A stretch of DNA of 64,000 nt. It comes from a virus. The translations under genes were made by a program, and so were the position numbers. Location: positions 87,951 to 151,950 of the IMG/VR virus record IMGVR_UViG_3300042566_002057, one strand, 5' to 3'. The notes under the pieces are model-generated. The model made no database searches. It worked only from the letters and a program-made list of their open reading frames with translations, and had not been told where the DNA came from. This document shows, in pieces, positions 18,202-28,353 of the stretch (the first letter of the stretch is position 1; every line of letters begins with the position of its first letter).

Positions 18202-18750
18202 TTACATTTTGTCAATTTGCATCATATCCAATTCTACAGGAGTTTTACGTCCAAAAATTGATACTGAAACTTTAACTTTTTGACCACTGATAGATTCAAT
18301 TGTTCCTACCATAGAAGAGAAAGGTCCATCCATAATTTTAACTTCCTCGTTAACAACAAAAGGATTTTCTAATTCAACTTCTTCTGCCTCTGCTTGTTGT
18401 CCAATCATTTTATTAACTTCGTTTAGTGATAAAGGTTTAATCTCACCTGATTTGTTTGTAAGAAATCCGGTAGCGCCGTTACATCCTTTAAGGAAGTATT
18501 TTAATTCACCGATTGCTGATGTCTCAACAAATATGTATCCTGGGTAAAGAACTTTTTCTCTTTTTACTTTTTTTCCACCTTTCACATAGAAAGATTTCTC
18601 CATCGGTACAAGAACTTGAGAAACTTTTCCGATAAGTTCACCTTTTTCTACTTCTTTAAGAATTTTTTCGGTTACACTTCTTTCGCGGTTAGATTGAGTT
18701 CTTACTACGTACCAATTTGTTTTTGTTGATTTTTCTAAAATTTGTTCCAT
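18202..18750 (-). CDS. nusG: Transcription termination/antitermination factor NusG
   Basis: WYVVRT, YPGYIFVE, KOW DGPF, SIFGRKTPVEL. Confidence 0.93.
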   Translation of the reverse strand: MEQILEKSTKTNWYVVRTQSNRERSVTEKILKEVEKGELIGKVSQVLVPMEKSFYVKGGKKVKREKVLYPGYIFVETSAIGELKYFLKGCNGATGFLTNKSGEIKPLSLNEVNKMIGQQAEAEEVELENPFVVNEEVKIMDGPFSSMVGTIESISGQKVKVSVSIFGRKTPVELDMMQIDKM

Positions 18751-18780
18751 TTAAATTTATAGTTTTGTTTATTTTTATAT

Positions 18781-19170
18781 TTATTGTTTATCAAGTTGTT
18801 TATAATACTTTAGCTCTTCTTTTATAAAATCAGGAAAATTATTTACTAAGTAAGTAATATCCGAGTCTTTTAATTTAAGTCTTAGCATTAAAAGTTTGAA
18901 ATCCTTTTCAGGTATTTCTGGTTTATCAGTAGGTGACTTTGACCAAAACCACTGAGGATAAGGTTTGCCTTTCATAAAATAAAACCACAAATCCATTCCA
19001 TCTGATTTATTTGTGGTCTTCATATTAAGTAAATGACTTTTCTCTGGATATTTTTTACTAAAATATCGATTGAATATAAAAAACAACTTTTCTTTATCAT
19101 CATCAGTAATTTTTTCCCAATCACTTCTATTTCTAAACATCGCATTTGCGACATCAATTAATTCCGCCAT
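18781..19170 (-). CDS. Hypothetical protein (weak resemblance to T4 clamp-loader small subunit)
   Basis: 129-aa ORF coupled to the exonuclease gene; FFIFNRYFS motif only suggestive. Confidence 0.5.
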   Translation of the reverse strand: MAELIDVANAMFRNRSDWEKITDDDKEKLFFIFNRYFSKKYPEKSHLLNMKTTNKSDGMDLWFYFMKGKPYPQWFWSKSPTDKPEIPEKDFKLLMLRLKLKDSDITYLVNNFPDFIKEELKYYKQLDKQ

Positions 19171-20128
19171 AAACTGTTTTCATTTTACTAACAATATCTT
19201 CAGGAAGATTGTCAATTCTTAAGTCAATTAACTTAACATTGTCTTGTATATTCTCAACTATAGATTCTATTTGTGTTTTACTTAACTTTTTCTTTTCACA
19301 AATTAAATCAGCAATGTTTTCATAAAGATCTGGATCAAGTAAATTAACTTCACCAAATTCAGAAAGATAATTGTCATAGATTGACTTAGCTCCTTTAGCT
19401 CCTATACCTCTTTTCTTACCATTCTTTACTTGAGACCAAACTGAAGATATGTTATCACTCTGATCACCTGATATGATTTTAATTACTAAAGATTCCATAG
19501 AATCAATTTCATTTACATCATACTTAGTTAAAAATCTATTTAGAAGTAAAAGAAATTCACTATTATCATTTAGATTAAAGATATCATCATTTGGTAAAGT
19601 AGATACTTTGTCCACAAATATTTGATAGTTCTTTGGTAAGAATAGTTTCTCTTTATTATACATTTCATTAGTCATTATGTTAATGAATAATGGTTCTAAT
19701 CCATAAGATACAATCTGTTTGATATCGTAATCATTTGATACGATAATTGCAGAACGACCTTCTTCATTTGATTTATCACAAAGAAAAGATATCCAGTCAT
19801 CTCCTTCGATAGTTGGAGCTTCAAGGACTTTTATTGTAGATTTCATTGATTGCTTAAACTCATCGTAAGCAGTGTAAACAAAAGACCAATCAATATCGTT
19901 ATCTTTCTTTCTGTTACTTTTATAAGTTTTTGTTAATTGTTTTCTCCAAGACTTTTCTTTAGAGTCTGATACTAAATATACATTTGCAAAAGGATACCAT
20001 TTTCTATAATTTGATACCGTATTTTCTAATGATTTATGTAGAGCACCGTAGAGTAAATTATTTTTATGAAGTGTAAAAACTAATCTACTCAAAATATAGT
20101 TTCCGTCGATTATTAAATCACATAACAT
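19154..20128 (-). CDS. T4 RNase H-like 5'-3' exonuclease (FEN/PIN fold)
   Basis: LIIDGN, YKSNR, EGDD, SNDYDIKQ, GDQSDNI. Confidence 0.85.
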   Translation of the reverse strand: MLCDLIIDGNYILSRLVFTLHKNNLLYGALHKSLENTVSNYRKWYPFANVYLVSDSKEKSWRKQLTKTYKSNRKKDNDIDWSFVYTAYDEFKQSMKSTIKVLEAPTIEGDDWISFLCDKSNEEGRSAIIVSNDYDIKQIVSYGLEPLFINIMTNEMYNKEKLFLPKNYQIFVDKVSTLPNDDIFNLNDNSEFLLLLNRFLTKYDVNEIDSMESLVIKIISGDQSDNISSVWSQVKNGKKRGIGAKGAKSIYDNYLSEFGEVNLLDPDLYENIADLICEKKKLSKTQIESIVENIQDNVKLIDLRIDNLPEDIVSKMKTVYGGIN

Positions 20129-20147
20129 TAATATTTTGATTATTTTT

Positions 20148-20155
20148 TATTTATA
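20148..20155 (-). promoter_or_regulatory. T4-type late promoter TATAAATA
   Basis: Exact TATAAATA on the minus strand 19 nt upstream of the 20128 start. Confidence 0.4.
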
Positions 20156-20181
20156 GTGATTTATAAAATGTAAGTTTATGT

Positions 20182-20559
20182 TTAATCTGGTAATAATGAT
20201 TCTAATTTCTCATCTCTGTCATATATCTTAAGCCTCTTCTCAATAAAATTTTCTAAATCATCATCAAATTTTATATTCTGTTTTTTTAGTTCTTCCCAGA
20301 AAGGTCTTTTCAATACATTGAGAGTTGCTATTACAATTGATAAGTTAGGATCTGTATAAGTACTTTTGACTTCATAGTCTTCTCCTAAAATGTGATATGT
20401 TGATTTGTATGTTGATATACTAAAGGCACCTGTTCCGGCAGAATAAACTAAGTTATTACCAGTTGTCGTAATTGTTGTGTTAGAGTTAGTTCCTAGAATG
20501 ATACAACCTGAACTACTAGAAGATGTTCCACTACTGTGTATATTTATAGAACCTATCAT
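20182..20559 (-). CDS. Hypothetical protein, Ser/Thr/Gly-rich N-terminus, C-terminal tag
   Basis: SSGTSSSSSG; ends DRDEKLESLLPD. Confidence 0.7.
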   Translation of the reverse strand: MIGSINIHSSGTSSSSSGCIILGTNSNTTITTTGNNLVYSAGTGAFSISTYKSTYHILGEDYEVKSTYTDPNLSIVIATLNVLKRPFWEELKKQNIKFDDDLENFIEKRLKIYDRDEKLESLLPD

Positions 20560-20590
20560 ATCGATTTATATAAAATCGAATTAAAAAAGT

Positions 20591-22132
20591 TTACTTAACT
20601 ACTAAGTGTGGAGATGACCAAAGTGATTCTGACTTTGCAAATTTTACAATTGTAGAAACAAATCTATTTCTGGTGATTGAACTTTGTGTGAGCAACCAAT
20701 CTAAAACTAAGTAAGATTGTAATCTTGAGTTTATTTCTTGAGTTTTAGTTTCCGATTCTAAATCAACACTAACACACTGAGCTATCTCTGGTGAAGTAAA
20801 ATTGTGTGTAGACAAAATCTCTCTGATTTTTTCCATATCTTTTTCTCTTCTGACTTTCTCAATCAAATTGTACCATTGATTAGGAACTATTGTTGAAAGT
20901 AACGAACCAGCTTTTCCAGACATATGTTGTGCTTTTTTAGAACCTTTCACCTCAACTGAAATAGCAGATACTGGACTAGTATCAAATGTTCTAAGTTGTA
21001 ACTCACCGTCTCTATAAAACTTAGAGTTCTTAGAGAACTTATATCCGAATTTTATAACAACAGTTTTTATTTTATTATTTGATTTATAACCTAAAAACTG
21101 GTGTTGAACATCATCTTCTTTCATATTAACAGTTCTCACTCTGTTTTCACCAGTTTGTTGTTGTTTTAAAGATACACCAACTATACCATTTCTTTTTTCA
21201 ATACATGCATAAAGGTAATTGTTCAATTCGTCTAAATCATTAATATTGGTATCATACCACTTAGTATTGTAAATTGGTTCTTTACCATCTTTAAATGCTA
21301 TCCAAATATCACTTGGATTCCATTTAGATATATTTACAGTATCAGGAAACTCATAAATAGATTTTTCTTTGTCATAAGGATCTAAATTTCTATACATTTC
21401 TATCTCTTCATCTAAGTAACTTTTAGCCATTTGAGCAATTAAAAGGTTAGTTGAATTTTTATAAATTGCTTCTACATTAAATATATTCTTATCGATGAAT
21501 GTTATTAATTCCTTAGACTGACGAATCATTGAGTTATACAAACCTTTATTTGCTATAAACTCCTCAAATCTTCTTCTAAAATCACCTCTCTCATTGTCTG
21601 AAATTATAGCAAATCTTTTTTCACTATCTTCTTCGCTGTATAAATAATCCATTTCAATTTTTCCTCTATTAGAGTAAATATCGACTTTGTGACCAGTTAA
21701 TTCCCATATTGTTGATGCAAAAATAATAATGAATGCTGTTTCTCTAAAATGCTCAGCTCTTTTTGTAACACCTTGTCTACCTTTTTGTCTTAGTATAGTA
21801 GTTCTAATTCCTTTCTTTACTATAGCGAATGGGTATTTTCTTGATGTTGTTTCATAAACCATAATTTTACTAAAAGCAGATTCATTATCAAAGTCTAATA
21901 ACTTCTTTAAGTCTTTAAATTCAAGTGATTTCACCGAAGATGGTCTTATGTGTAGAATTTCAACATCATCATTTGGTAAATAATCTATAGGAACAAAGGT
22001 CAAGTTTTGACTTATTTCAAATCTTTTAGCATATGTTTGACCGTCTCTGGAGAACTCATATTCAATACCAGATTTACTATCATCGATAGTAGCTTCATTA
22101 ATAGAAATGTAATTATTGAATTTATTTATCAC
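20591..22132 (-). CDS. Putative PD-(D/E)xK-like nuclease with N-terminal capsid-targeting-like tag
   Basis: Starts MINKFNNYISINE; KWNPSDIW...GVSLKQ. Confidence 0.55.
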   Translation of the reverse strand: MINKFNNYISINEATIDDSKSGIEYEFSRDGQTYAKRFEISQNLTFVPIDYLPNDDVEILHIRPSSVKSLEFKDLKKLLDFDNESAFSKIMVYETTSRKYPFAIVKKGIRTTILRQKGRQGVTKRAEHFRETAFIIIFASTIWELTGHKVDIYSNRGKIEMDYLYSEEDSEKRFAIISDNERGDFRRRFEEFIANKGLYNSMIRQSKELITFIDKNIFNVEAIYKNSTNLLIAQMAKSYLDEEIEMYRNLDPYDKEKSIYEFPDTVNISKWNPSDIWIAFKDGKEPIYNTKWYDTNINDLDELNNYLYACIEKRNGIVGVSLKQQQTGENRVRTVNMKEDDVQHQFLGYKSNNKIKTVVIKFGYKFSKNSKFYRDGELQLRTFDTSPVSAISVEVKGSKKAQHMSGKAGSLLSTIVPNQWYNLIEKVRREKDMEKIREILSTHNFTSPEIAQCVSVDLESETKTQEINSRLQSYLVLDWLLTQSSITRNRFVSTIVKFAKSESLWSSPHLVVK

Positions 22133-22161
22133 ATACTATATATAAAATTTGTGTTATTAAA

Positions 22162-22689
22162 TTACAAAATTTTGCTGATTATTATTTCTCTGTATAAAGT
22201 TCTGAACTCTTCTCTTATTTCCTCGTTGTATCTATATGTTGATTTATTCGAATAGTAATCATAGTCTTGATGATTTACTTTCTTTAACATATACTCATAA
22301 TTCTCCTTAACCAAATTAAAACAGTTTTCTTTTTCAGTCCATTTGATTAGATTATAAATCAAATCAAAATTTATTTTTCTAAATCCATTAAAGAACTCTT
22401 TTTTAGAATAAGAGTGTAGATAATGAAGTACAGTAGTATCATTTAAATTTTCAACTCCTTCTGGATTTGAAAATTCAGGTATTGTAAAATAGAACTCAAC
22501 GCCTTTATCAACTAATAAAGAAGTTAATTTAAGAACTTGTTTATAGATTCTAACGTCTAAAAAAACATAAACGATATTATCATTGGATATAAAGCAGGTC
22601 GGTATGTTCTGAATCTTCTTAAACATTAAGAAGTCATTCTTAACAGACCAATTAGATGAATTGTCTGGTATTAAATCACTTAATTCCAT
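22162..22689 (-). CDS. Hypothetical protein with C-terminal tag
   Basis: Ends LYREIIISKIL. Confidence 0.7.
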   Translation of the reverse strand: MELSDLIPDNSSNWSVKNDFLMFKKIQNIPTCFISNDNIVYVFLDVRIYKQVLKLTSLLVDKGVEFYFTIPEFSNPEGVENLNDTTVLHYLHSYSKKEFFNGFRKINFDLIYNLIKWTEKENCFNLVKENYEYMLKKVNHQDYDYYSNKSTYRYNEEIREEFRTLYREIIISKIL

Positions 22690-23008
22690 TATCTCTTAGT
22701 ATTTTAAGAAATTCTAATTTTGATTCTTCTCTTGTGTTTGTACCACCTTTATATCTATAAGGATGTTTACATTTGTTTGGAGAATATTTTGTCTTATACC
22801 TAGTGTCGTATCTTTTTGTAGTATGTGTCTTAAAGGTAAAATAATCTGTAGAACCTATGTAATCAGATAAAAATGGATGGTGATGTTTAATTCCATTGGC
22901 ATCTTCAAATCCTCTCCAATACCATCTTGCAGTGCACATTTTATTGTTTAGTCTACGAATGACTATCCTTTCTTCTGTATATCTTCTCCAAGCGCGGTCT
23001 CTGCACAT
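22676..23008 (-). CDS. Basic hypothetical protein
   Basis: Arg/Lys-rich; TATCTTTG on the minus strand at 23013-23020. Confidence 0.65.
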   Translation of the reverse strand: MCRDRAWRRYTEERIVIRRLNNKMCTARWYWRGFEDANGIKHHHPFLSDYIGSTDYFTFKTHTTKRYDTRYKTKYSPNKCKHPYRYKGGTNTREESKLEFLKILRDNGIK

Positions 23009-23024
23009 GGTACAAAGATACGAA

Positions 23025-23267
23025 TTAATTTATAATTTGTGAAATTTTATCATCTCTATCTAATTGTAAAGTATCAATTTCAAACAATGGAAATCCATCA
23101 ATTCTTGAAGGATTTAAGTATTTAACCCAAACTAATTTTCCTTCATATTTATCATAGTTAAATACCATACCAAACTCTACGCTATCAATAACTCTCATTT
23201 TAGAAAAGTCTAATATAATTATCTGATTATTATGTTCTAACTCCTCTGATTTTATTGTAAATTTCAT
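23025..23267 (-). CDS. Small hypothetical protein with C-terminal tag
   Basis: Ends DRDDKISQIIN. Confidence 0.7.
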   Translation of the reverse strand: MKFTIKSEELEHNNQIIILDFSKMRVIDSVEFGMVFNYDKYEGKLVWVKYLNPSRIDGFPLFEIDTLQLDRDDKISQIIN

Positions 23268-25108
23268 TTTAATAATTCCGTTTTTCTCAAATCAGAACTC
23301 TTACCAAACCAAATATCTAATGACTTATCAGAAACATCATCTTTTGTAATTAAGGTAAGTTTTGGACTATTGATAATATCTTGGTACTCATCATCAACAA
23401 GTGCTGCTAAACCTTTTTTGTATTTAATATCCCATTGTTTTAAGTCTGTCTTGGATTCCCATTGATTATACTCATCCTGTGAGTAAAAAAGAACCTTCTT
23501 CTTAGTTTTAGATTTGGGAATAGCAACAACAATTGGTGTTTCTACTTTGTAAATCATTCTTCTATCAAACATATCTGGCCAGTACTTATGAAAAAAGTTT
23601 ATTAAAAGACCAGCGATTGAATTACCGTCAACATCAGCATCGACATAAAAAAGAATACGACCATATCTTAAGTCTTTAAGATCAATCTTTTGACCTAATT
23701 TTAATCCAATTGAAGCCATAAGATTTACTACTTCTGAGTTTTGAACTAATTTCTGATTAGTCATTTCAGATACATTAACAAATTTACCTTTAAGAGCAAA
23801 GGCTCCCATTACTTGAGGATCTCTATACTTTCTAAAGGCTGAAATAGCTGAGTCACCCTCGAACAAACCAATTGAATACTTCCATCTTTCCTTACCCTTT
23901 GCGTCAATTAATTTTTCAACTTTAATCTTATCAAGTTTTTTATTTAATTCTCTTTGTAGTTTAGAATCTTCTGCTGATTTCTTTTGTTGAATCCAATCAA
24001 GAATTGAATTAACAATTTCAGACTTAAGTATTTGTTGTATCAGTTTCTGAGATACCTCAAATGTAGAACCAAAGTCTTTAATCTCTGTAATTAACTTTTC
24101 TTTAGTTTGAGATGAGAAAGATGGATTAATTACAGTAGAGTCTAAGAATAAAAACATATGTTGTTTTAATTCAGAAGGTTTGACATCTACTTTATGTTTC
24201 TTAGTAAAGAACTCTCTTAATTGTGATATGATTTGATTCATAACATAATCAACGTGAGTACCACCATCGTAAGTATCTGTCGAGTTGGCAAAACTCACTT
24301 GTTGAAATCCATTCTCAGAGAGAGCAACTCCAATAGACCAAGTTTTATCTTTCTTTGATTCGTAGAAATAATTTGTATTATAAAGTTTGATATAATCCTC
24401 AAATGATTTGAAGTTAATTAGTTTACCATTGAAGTAGATTTTAAGACCAGTGTTACATGCCGCTATATCATACACTCTCTTTTCAATCATACGATAGTGT
24501 TCATTATCGATACCGGTAAGACCAAATTTATCAAAGTCTACTAAGTAGTTAATTTCAGTATGATTCTTCGTGGACTTTTTAACTTTAGGTGCCGTTCTTT
24601 TTCTCATATTATCAGAGAAAGTTTGAGTGAAGTGATTTTTACCATCACAAGTAGTAACGGTAAACTTTTTAGAATAGATATTAGTCAATGTTGATCCAAC
24701 ACCATTTGTACCAGCCCATGATCTTGATTCAGTGTCATCAAAGTTAGAACCAGCTTTTAAGTTAGAAAAAATCATTTCTGGAATCCACTCTTTGTGTTGT
24801 GTGTGTTTAACAACAGGAATTCCACCATTGTCCCAGATATTAATGTATCCAGTAGATTGGTCAATAGTTACTTTGATTGTATTTAGTTTAGAACCTTCTC
24901 TTTTACTTTCGTCTACTGAGTTAGTAACAATCTCATCAAATATTTTGAGAAAACCTGGATTATAAGTAATCTCTGATTGAGACATTTTGTTTTCATTGAG
25001 TAACCATTTATTTGATTTGTGTGGTTTGATTGAACCAATATACATTCCCGGTCTGAGAATAACGTGGTCTATATCATCTAATTTCTTGAATTTCTTATCA
25101 ACTGACAT
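23264..25108 (-). CDS. Type II DNA topoisomerase ATPase/TOPRIM subunit (T4 gp39+gp60-like)
   Basis: RPGMYIGS, EIVTNSVDE, DNGGIP, GTNGVG, EGDSA, DADVDG, YKKGL. Confidence 0.95.
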   Translation of the reverse strand: MSVDKKFKKLDDIDHVILRPGMYIGSIKPHKSNKWLLNENKMSQSEITYNPGFLKIFDEIVTNSVDESKREGSKLNTIKVTIDQSTGYINIWDNGGIPVVKHTQHKEWIPEMIFSNLKAGSNFDDTESRSWAGTNGVGSTLTNIYSKKFTVTTCDGKNHFTQTFSDNMRKRTAPKVKKSTKNHTEINYLVDFDKFGLTGIDNEHYRMIEKRVYDIAACNTGLKIYFNGKLINFKSFEDYIKLYNTNYFYESKKDKTWSIGVALSENGFQQVSFANSTDTYDGGTHVDYVMNQIISQLREFFTKKHKVDVKPSELKQHMFLFLDSTVINPSFSSQTKEKLITEIKDFGSTFEVSQKLIQQILKSEIVNSILDWIQQKKSAEDSKLQRELNKKLDKIKVEKLIDAKGKERWKYSIGLFEGDSAISAFRKYRDPQVMGAFALKGKFVNVSEMTNQKLVQNSEVVNLMASIGLKLGQKIDLKDLRYGRILFYVDADVDGNSIAGLLINFFHKYWPDMFDRRMIYKVETPIVVAIPKSKTKKKVLFYSQDEYNQWESKTDLKQWDIKYKKGLAALVDDEYQDIINSPKLTLITKDDVSDKSLDIWFGKSSDLRKTELLK

Positions 25109-25167
25109 TTAATCTAAAAATAAATTTTAGTTATATATCGTCAATCTTATAGTTTGTTTATAACTTA

Positions 25168-25833
25168 TTACTTTAAGGGAATTTCCGGATCAATCGAAAA
25201 CCTATCATTTAAGTAAGCTTTAAGTTCATTTTCAATATAATTATCGGGAACTTCTTGGTCTAAGTTTTCAAGAGCCATTTTTTCAGAAAGATATAGTGAA
25301 AATTGTTGTAACACTTCTGGTTTGATTGCTTCAACAATCCTATCAGATACAACAAATGCTCTAGTGAATCTATCTTTTTCATGTGTAAAATCACCTTCAG
25401 CAACTGACATAGTTGCGTCAATTACCTTCTTTAAGAAGGCTGGATAATCATTACCTGGATCAGCTAATATTGGAGCAATCACTTTATTAAATGCTCTTGA
25501 TGAGCCAAGAATATAACCTATAATTGCTACAATCGGAAAGAAAGGAGCTAAAGCCATTGGTATAATTCTATGAACCGCTTTTATGATTCCGGTTTTAATA
25601 TCGGTTCTTCTTTTAGCATCTCTAGCATCATGAAAAAGAGCATTTAACATTCCAAATGTAAATCTTCTACCAGTATCTTGTAAGTATTTAGCTAAACTAC
25701 CACGGTGAGCATGATAAAGATGTCTATTGATTTCATCTTCATCAGTAACTCCCAATCTTAACAACTCAGCTCTAATGTTATCGTCAAATTTTTCTAAAAT
25801 CATAAATTCTTGATAACTCTTTACACGTTCCAT
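25168..25833 (-). CDS. Hypothetical membrane-segment protein with N-terminal capsid-targeting-like tag
   Basis: Starts MERVKSYQEFMILE; hydrophobic IIPMALAPFFPIVAIIGYILG. Confidence 0.75.
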   Translation of the reverse strand: MERVKSYQEFMILEKFDDNIRAELLRLGVTDEDEINRHLYHAHRGSLAKYLQDTGRRFTFGMLNALFHDARDAKRRTDIKTGIIKAVHRIIPMALAPFFPIVAIIGYILGSSRAFNKVIAPILADPGNDYPAFLKKVIDATMSVAEGDFTHEKDRFTRAFVVSDRIVEAIKPEVLQQFSLYLSEKMALENLDQEVPDNYIENELKAYLNDRFSIDPEIPLK

Positions 25834-25939
25834 AGTGTATATATTAATTTACAAACATTTAATATTAAGTTAATATCCCCACTATAAAAAACCAGACAAT
25901 TCTTATCAATTTTATTTAATAAAAAAATAAATAGATAAG

Positions 25940-26671
25940 ATGAAAATAAAAACATTATTCATTTCCGATGTTCACTTAGGCACATCAAAATGTCAAGCTG
26001 ACAAACTTCTTCAGGTACTTAAAGACTATGAATATGAGAAGTTAATAATCGTAGGAGACTTTATAGATTTAACATCACTTAAAAGAAAGTTTTTCTGGAA
26101 ACCAGATCATTCTACAGTAATACAAAAAATTCTAAGGTCTTCTAGAAAAGGTACAGAAGTTGTTTATATTTTAGGTAATCACGATTTTTATTTAAGAGGT
26201 CTTATAGATGATGGTGATATAAATATTGGTGATATTTTACTTTGTGATGAATACTACCACACAACAGTTTCTGGTGAAAGAATTTATATATGTCACGGTG
26301 ACCAATTTGACGGATTCATAAGATTACATCCATTTTTGTATGTATTGGGTGATTGGGCGTATGAAATGAGTTTTAAGATAAATAAATGGTATAATGTGAT
26401 GAGGAGATTTTTTGGTTTACAATACTGGTCTCTTTCTCAATATCTTAAACATAAAGTTAAAAATGCTATTGCTTTTATCAATGACTTTAAGATATTATCT
26501 ATGAGAAAATTAGATGAAGTGAAATGTGACTCTATAATGATAGGACACATACACACACCTGCTGTTGAAAAGATTGGAGATAAACATTACTACAACACTG
26601 GAGACTTTTGTGAAAGTTGTTCATTCTTATATGAAGATATCAATGGTGAAATAAAACTGGTAGTATTGTGA
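25940..26671 (+). CDS. Calcineurin-like metallophosphoesterase (LpxH-like)
   Basis: SDVHLG, GDFID, GNHD, HGD, GHIH. Confidence 0.88.
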   Translation: MKIKTLFISDVHLGTSKCQADKLLQVLKDYEYEKLIIVGDFIDLTSLKRKFFWKPDHSTVIQKILRSSRKGTEVVYILGNHDFYLRGLIDDGDINIGDILLCDEYYHTTVSGERIYICHGDQFDGFIRLHPFLYVLGDWAYEMSFKINKWYNVMRRFFGLQYWSLSQYLKHKVKNAIAFINDFKILSMRKLDEVKCDSIMIGHIHTPAVEKIGDKHYYNTGDFCESCSFLYEDINGEIKLVVL

Positions 26672-26710
26672 TAAAAACAAAAAAAGATTTTTCTCATATA
26701 TATCATTATT

Positions 26711-28051
26711 ATGAGAGAAACTTCAATTACTAACTTTCTAGCAAAAGAATATAAAGAGTTTGCAATGTACTCGATTGAGGGTAGAGCTATACCTTCTATT
26801 GTTGATGGTTTTAAACCTACCCAAAGAAAAATTATTCACGTTTCAAGTCAGATTTGGAAGACCGGAAATGAAAAAACTCTTAAAGTATTTCAGTTAGGTG
26901 GTAAAGTTGCATCTGATGCTTTTTATCATCACGGAAACGCTTCATTAGAAAATGCCATTATTACGATGGCTCAGAGATTCAAGAATAACGCACCTCTATT
27001 AGAAGAAGAAGGACAGTTTGGTTCATTAAGATCCCCACAAGCTGGTGCTCCTCGTTATATCGGAACTAAACTCACAGAGAACTATAGATTACTTTACAAA
27101 GACTTTGAGTTATTAGAATATAAACAAGAAGAAGGTGAATCAATTGAACCAAAATTCTTTTTACCTATTATTCCAACTGTACTTATTAACGGTTCATCTG
27201 GAATTGCCGTAGGATTCGCATCAAACATTCTAAACAGAGATGTTAAAAGTATAATCGAATGTTGTCAAAAGATTTTAACAGATAAAAAAATATCTGAAGT
27301 TAAACCATCTTTAACAGGATTCACTGGTGAGTTCATACAGGATAAAGAAAATCCAAAAAGATGGATTATTAGAGGTAAGTTTGTAAGAGCAAACACTTCA
27401 ACTGTTAAAATATCAGAACTCCCACCATCAATGACTTATGAAAAATACGAAGAGATTTTAGACAAACTTGTTGATGACAAATTAATTGTTTCTTATGATG
27501 ACAACTGTAAGGATAACATAGATTATACAATAAAGTTTACACGTTCTGATTTAGAGAAATTAGATGACGAGAAACTAATTAAGTTATTGAAATTAGAAGA
27601 ATCATCTACCGAAATATTCTCAACACTAGATGAGACTGGTAAATTAATGATATTTGAGTCGACATCAGATATGATCACTTACTTTGTTAATTTCAGATTG
27701 ACATATTATCATAAGAGAAAACAATTCTTATTAGATAAATTAAACAGAGAACTAAAAATACTTTCTAATCGTGGTCGATTTATTAAAGCAATAATTGATG
27801 GTAAATTAAAAGTTAACAATGTTGCTAAGTCTCAAATCATCGAAGGAATTGAAGCGATGGGTTTAGATAAGATAGATGACTCATACGATTATCTTTTAAG
27901 AATGCCTATCTACTCCTTAACAAAAGAGATGTATGAAAAGTTAAAAGAAGACTTTAAATTGAAAAAAGAAGAGATTACAAAATTAGAAGCAACCGATCCA
28001 AAAGATATGTATATAGATGATCTTAATGAGTTAAAAAAGAAATTTAAATAA
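26711..28051 (+). CDS. Type II DNA topoisomerase cleavage subunit (T4 gp52-like)
   Basis: DGFKPTQRK, YHHG, APRYI catalytic Tyr, NGSSGIAVGF. Confidence 0.95.
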   Translation: MRETSITNFLAKEYKEFAMYSIEGRAIPSIVDGFKPTQRKIIHVSSQIWKTGNEKTLKVFQLGGKVASDAFYHHGNASLENAIITMAQRFKNNAPLLEEEGQFGSLRSPQAGAPRYIGTKLTENYRLLYKDFELLEYKQEEGESIEPKFFLPIIPTVLINGSSGIAVGFASNILNRDVKSIIECCQKILTDKKISEVKPSLTGFTGEFIQDKENPKRWIIRGKFVRANTSTVKISELPPSMTYEKYEEILDKLVDDKLIVSYDDNCKDNIDYTIKFTRSDLEKLDDEKLIKLLKLEESSTEIFSTLDETGKLMIFESTSDMITYFVNFRLTYYHKRKQFLLDKLNRELKILSNRGRFIKAIIDGKLKVNNVAKSQIIEGIEAMGLDKIDDSYDYLLRMPIYSLTKEMYEKLKEDFKLKKEEITKLEATDPKDMYIDDLNELKKKFK

Positions 28052-28353
28052 TGGAAAGAATGAAAAGATATGAGGATTTCAAGAATGAAAGTAATGATAC
28101 TGACTACCTCACTAAAGAAGAACTTGAAAAAGTAAAGTGGACTAGATATAAAATTATAGTTCCGACTCAAGAAGATAAAGAAGAATTAGAGAAAGCGTTT
28201 GAGCACATTCACTATTCTGATATTGATACAGATAATATTGCTGTTAATCAATTAGCACATGAATATCTAACTGAAGAAGTAACAGGTGATACTCAAACCA
28301 AAAATAATATTATAGTTGACGAAGAACTATATAATAAATTAAATAAAAACTAA
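28051..28353 (+). CDS. Hypothetical protein with N-terminal capsid-targeting-like tag
   Basis: Starts MERMKRYEDFKNES. Confidence 0.7.
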   Translation: MERMKRYEDFKNESNDTDYLTKEELEKVKWTRYKIIVPTQEDKEELEKAFEHIHYSDIDTDNIAVNQLAHEYLTEEVTGDTQTKNNIIVDEELYNKLNKN

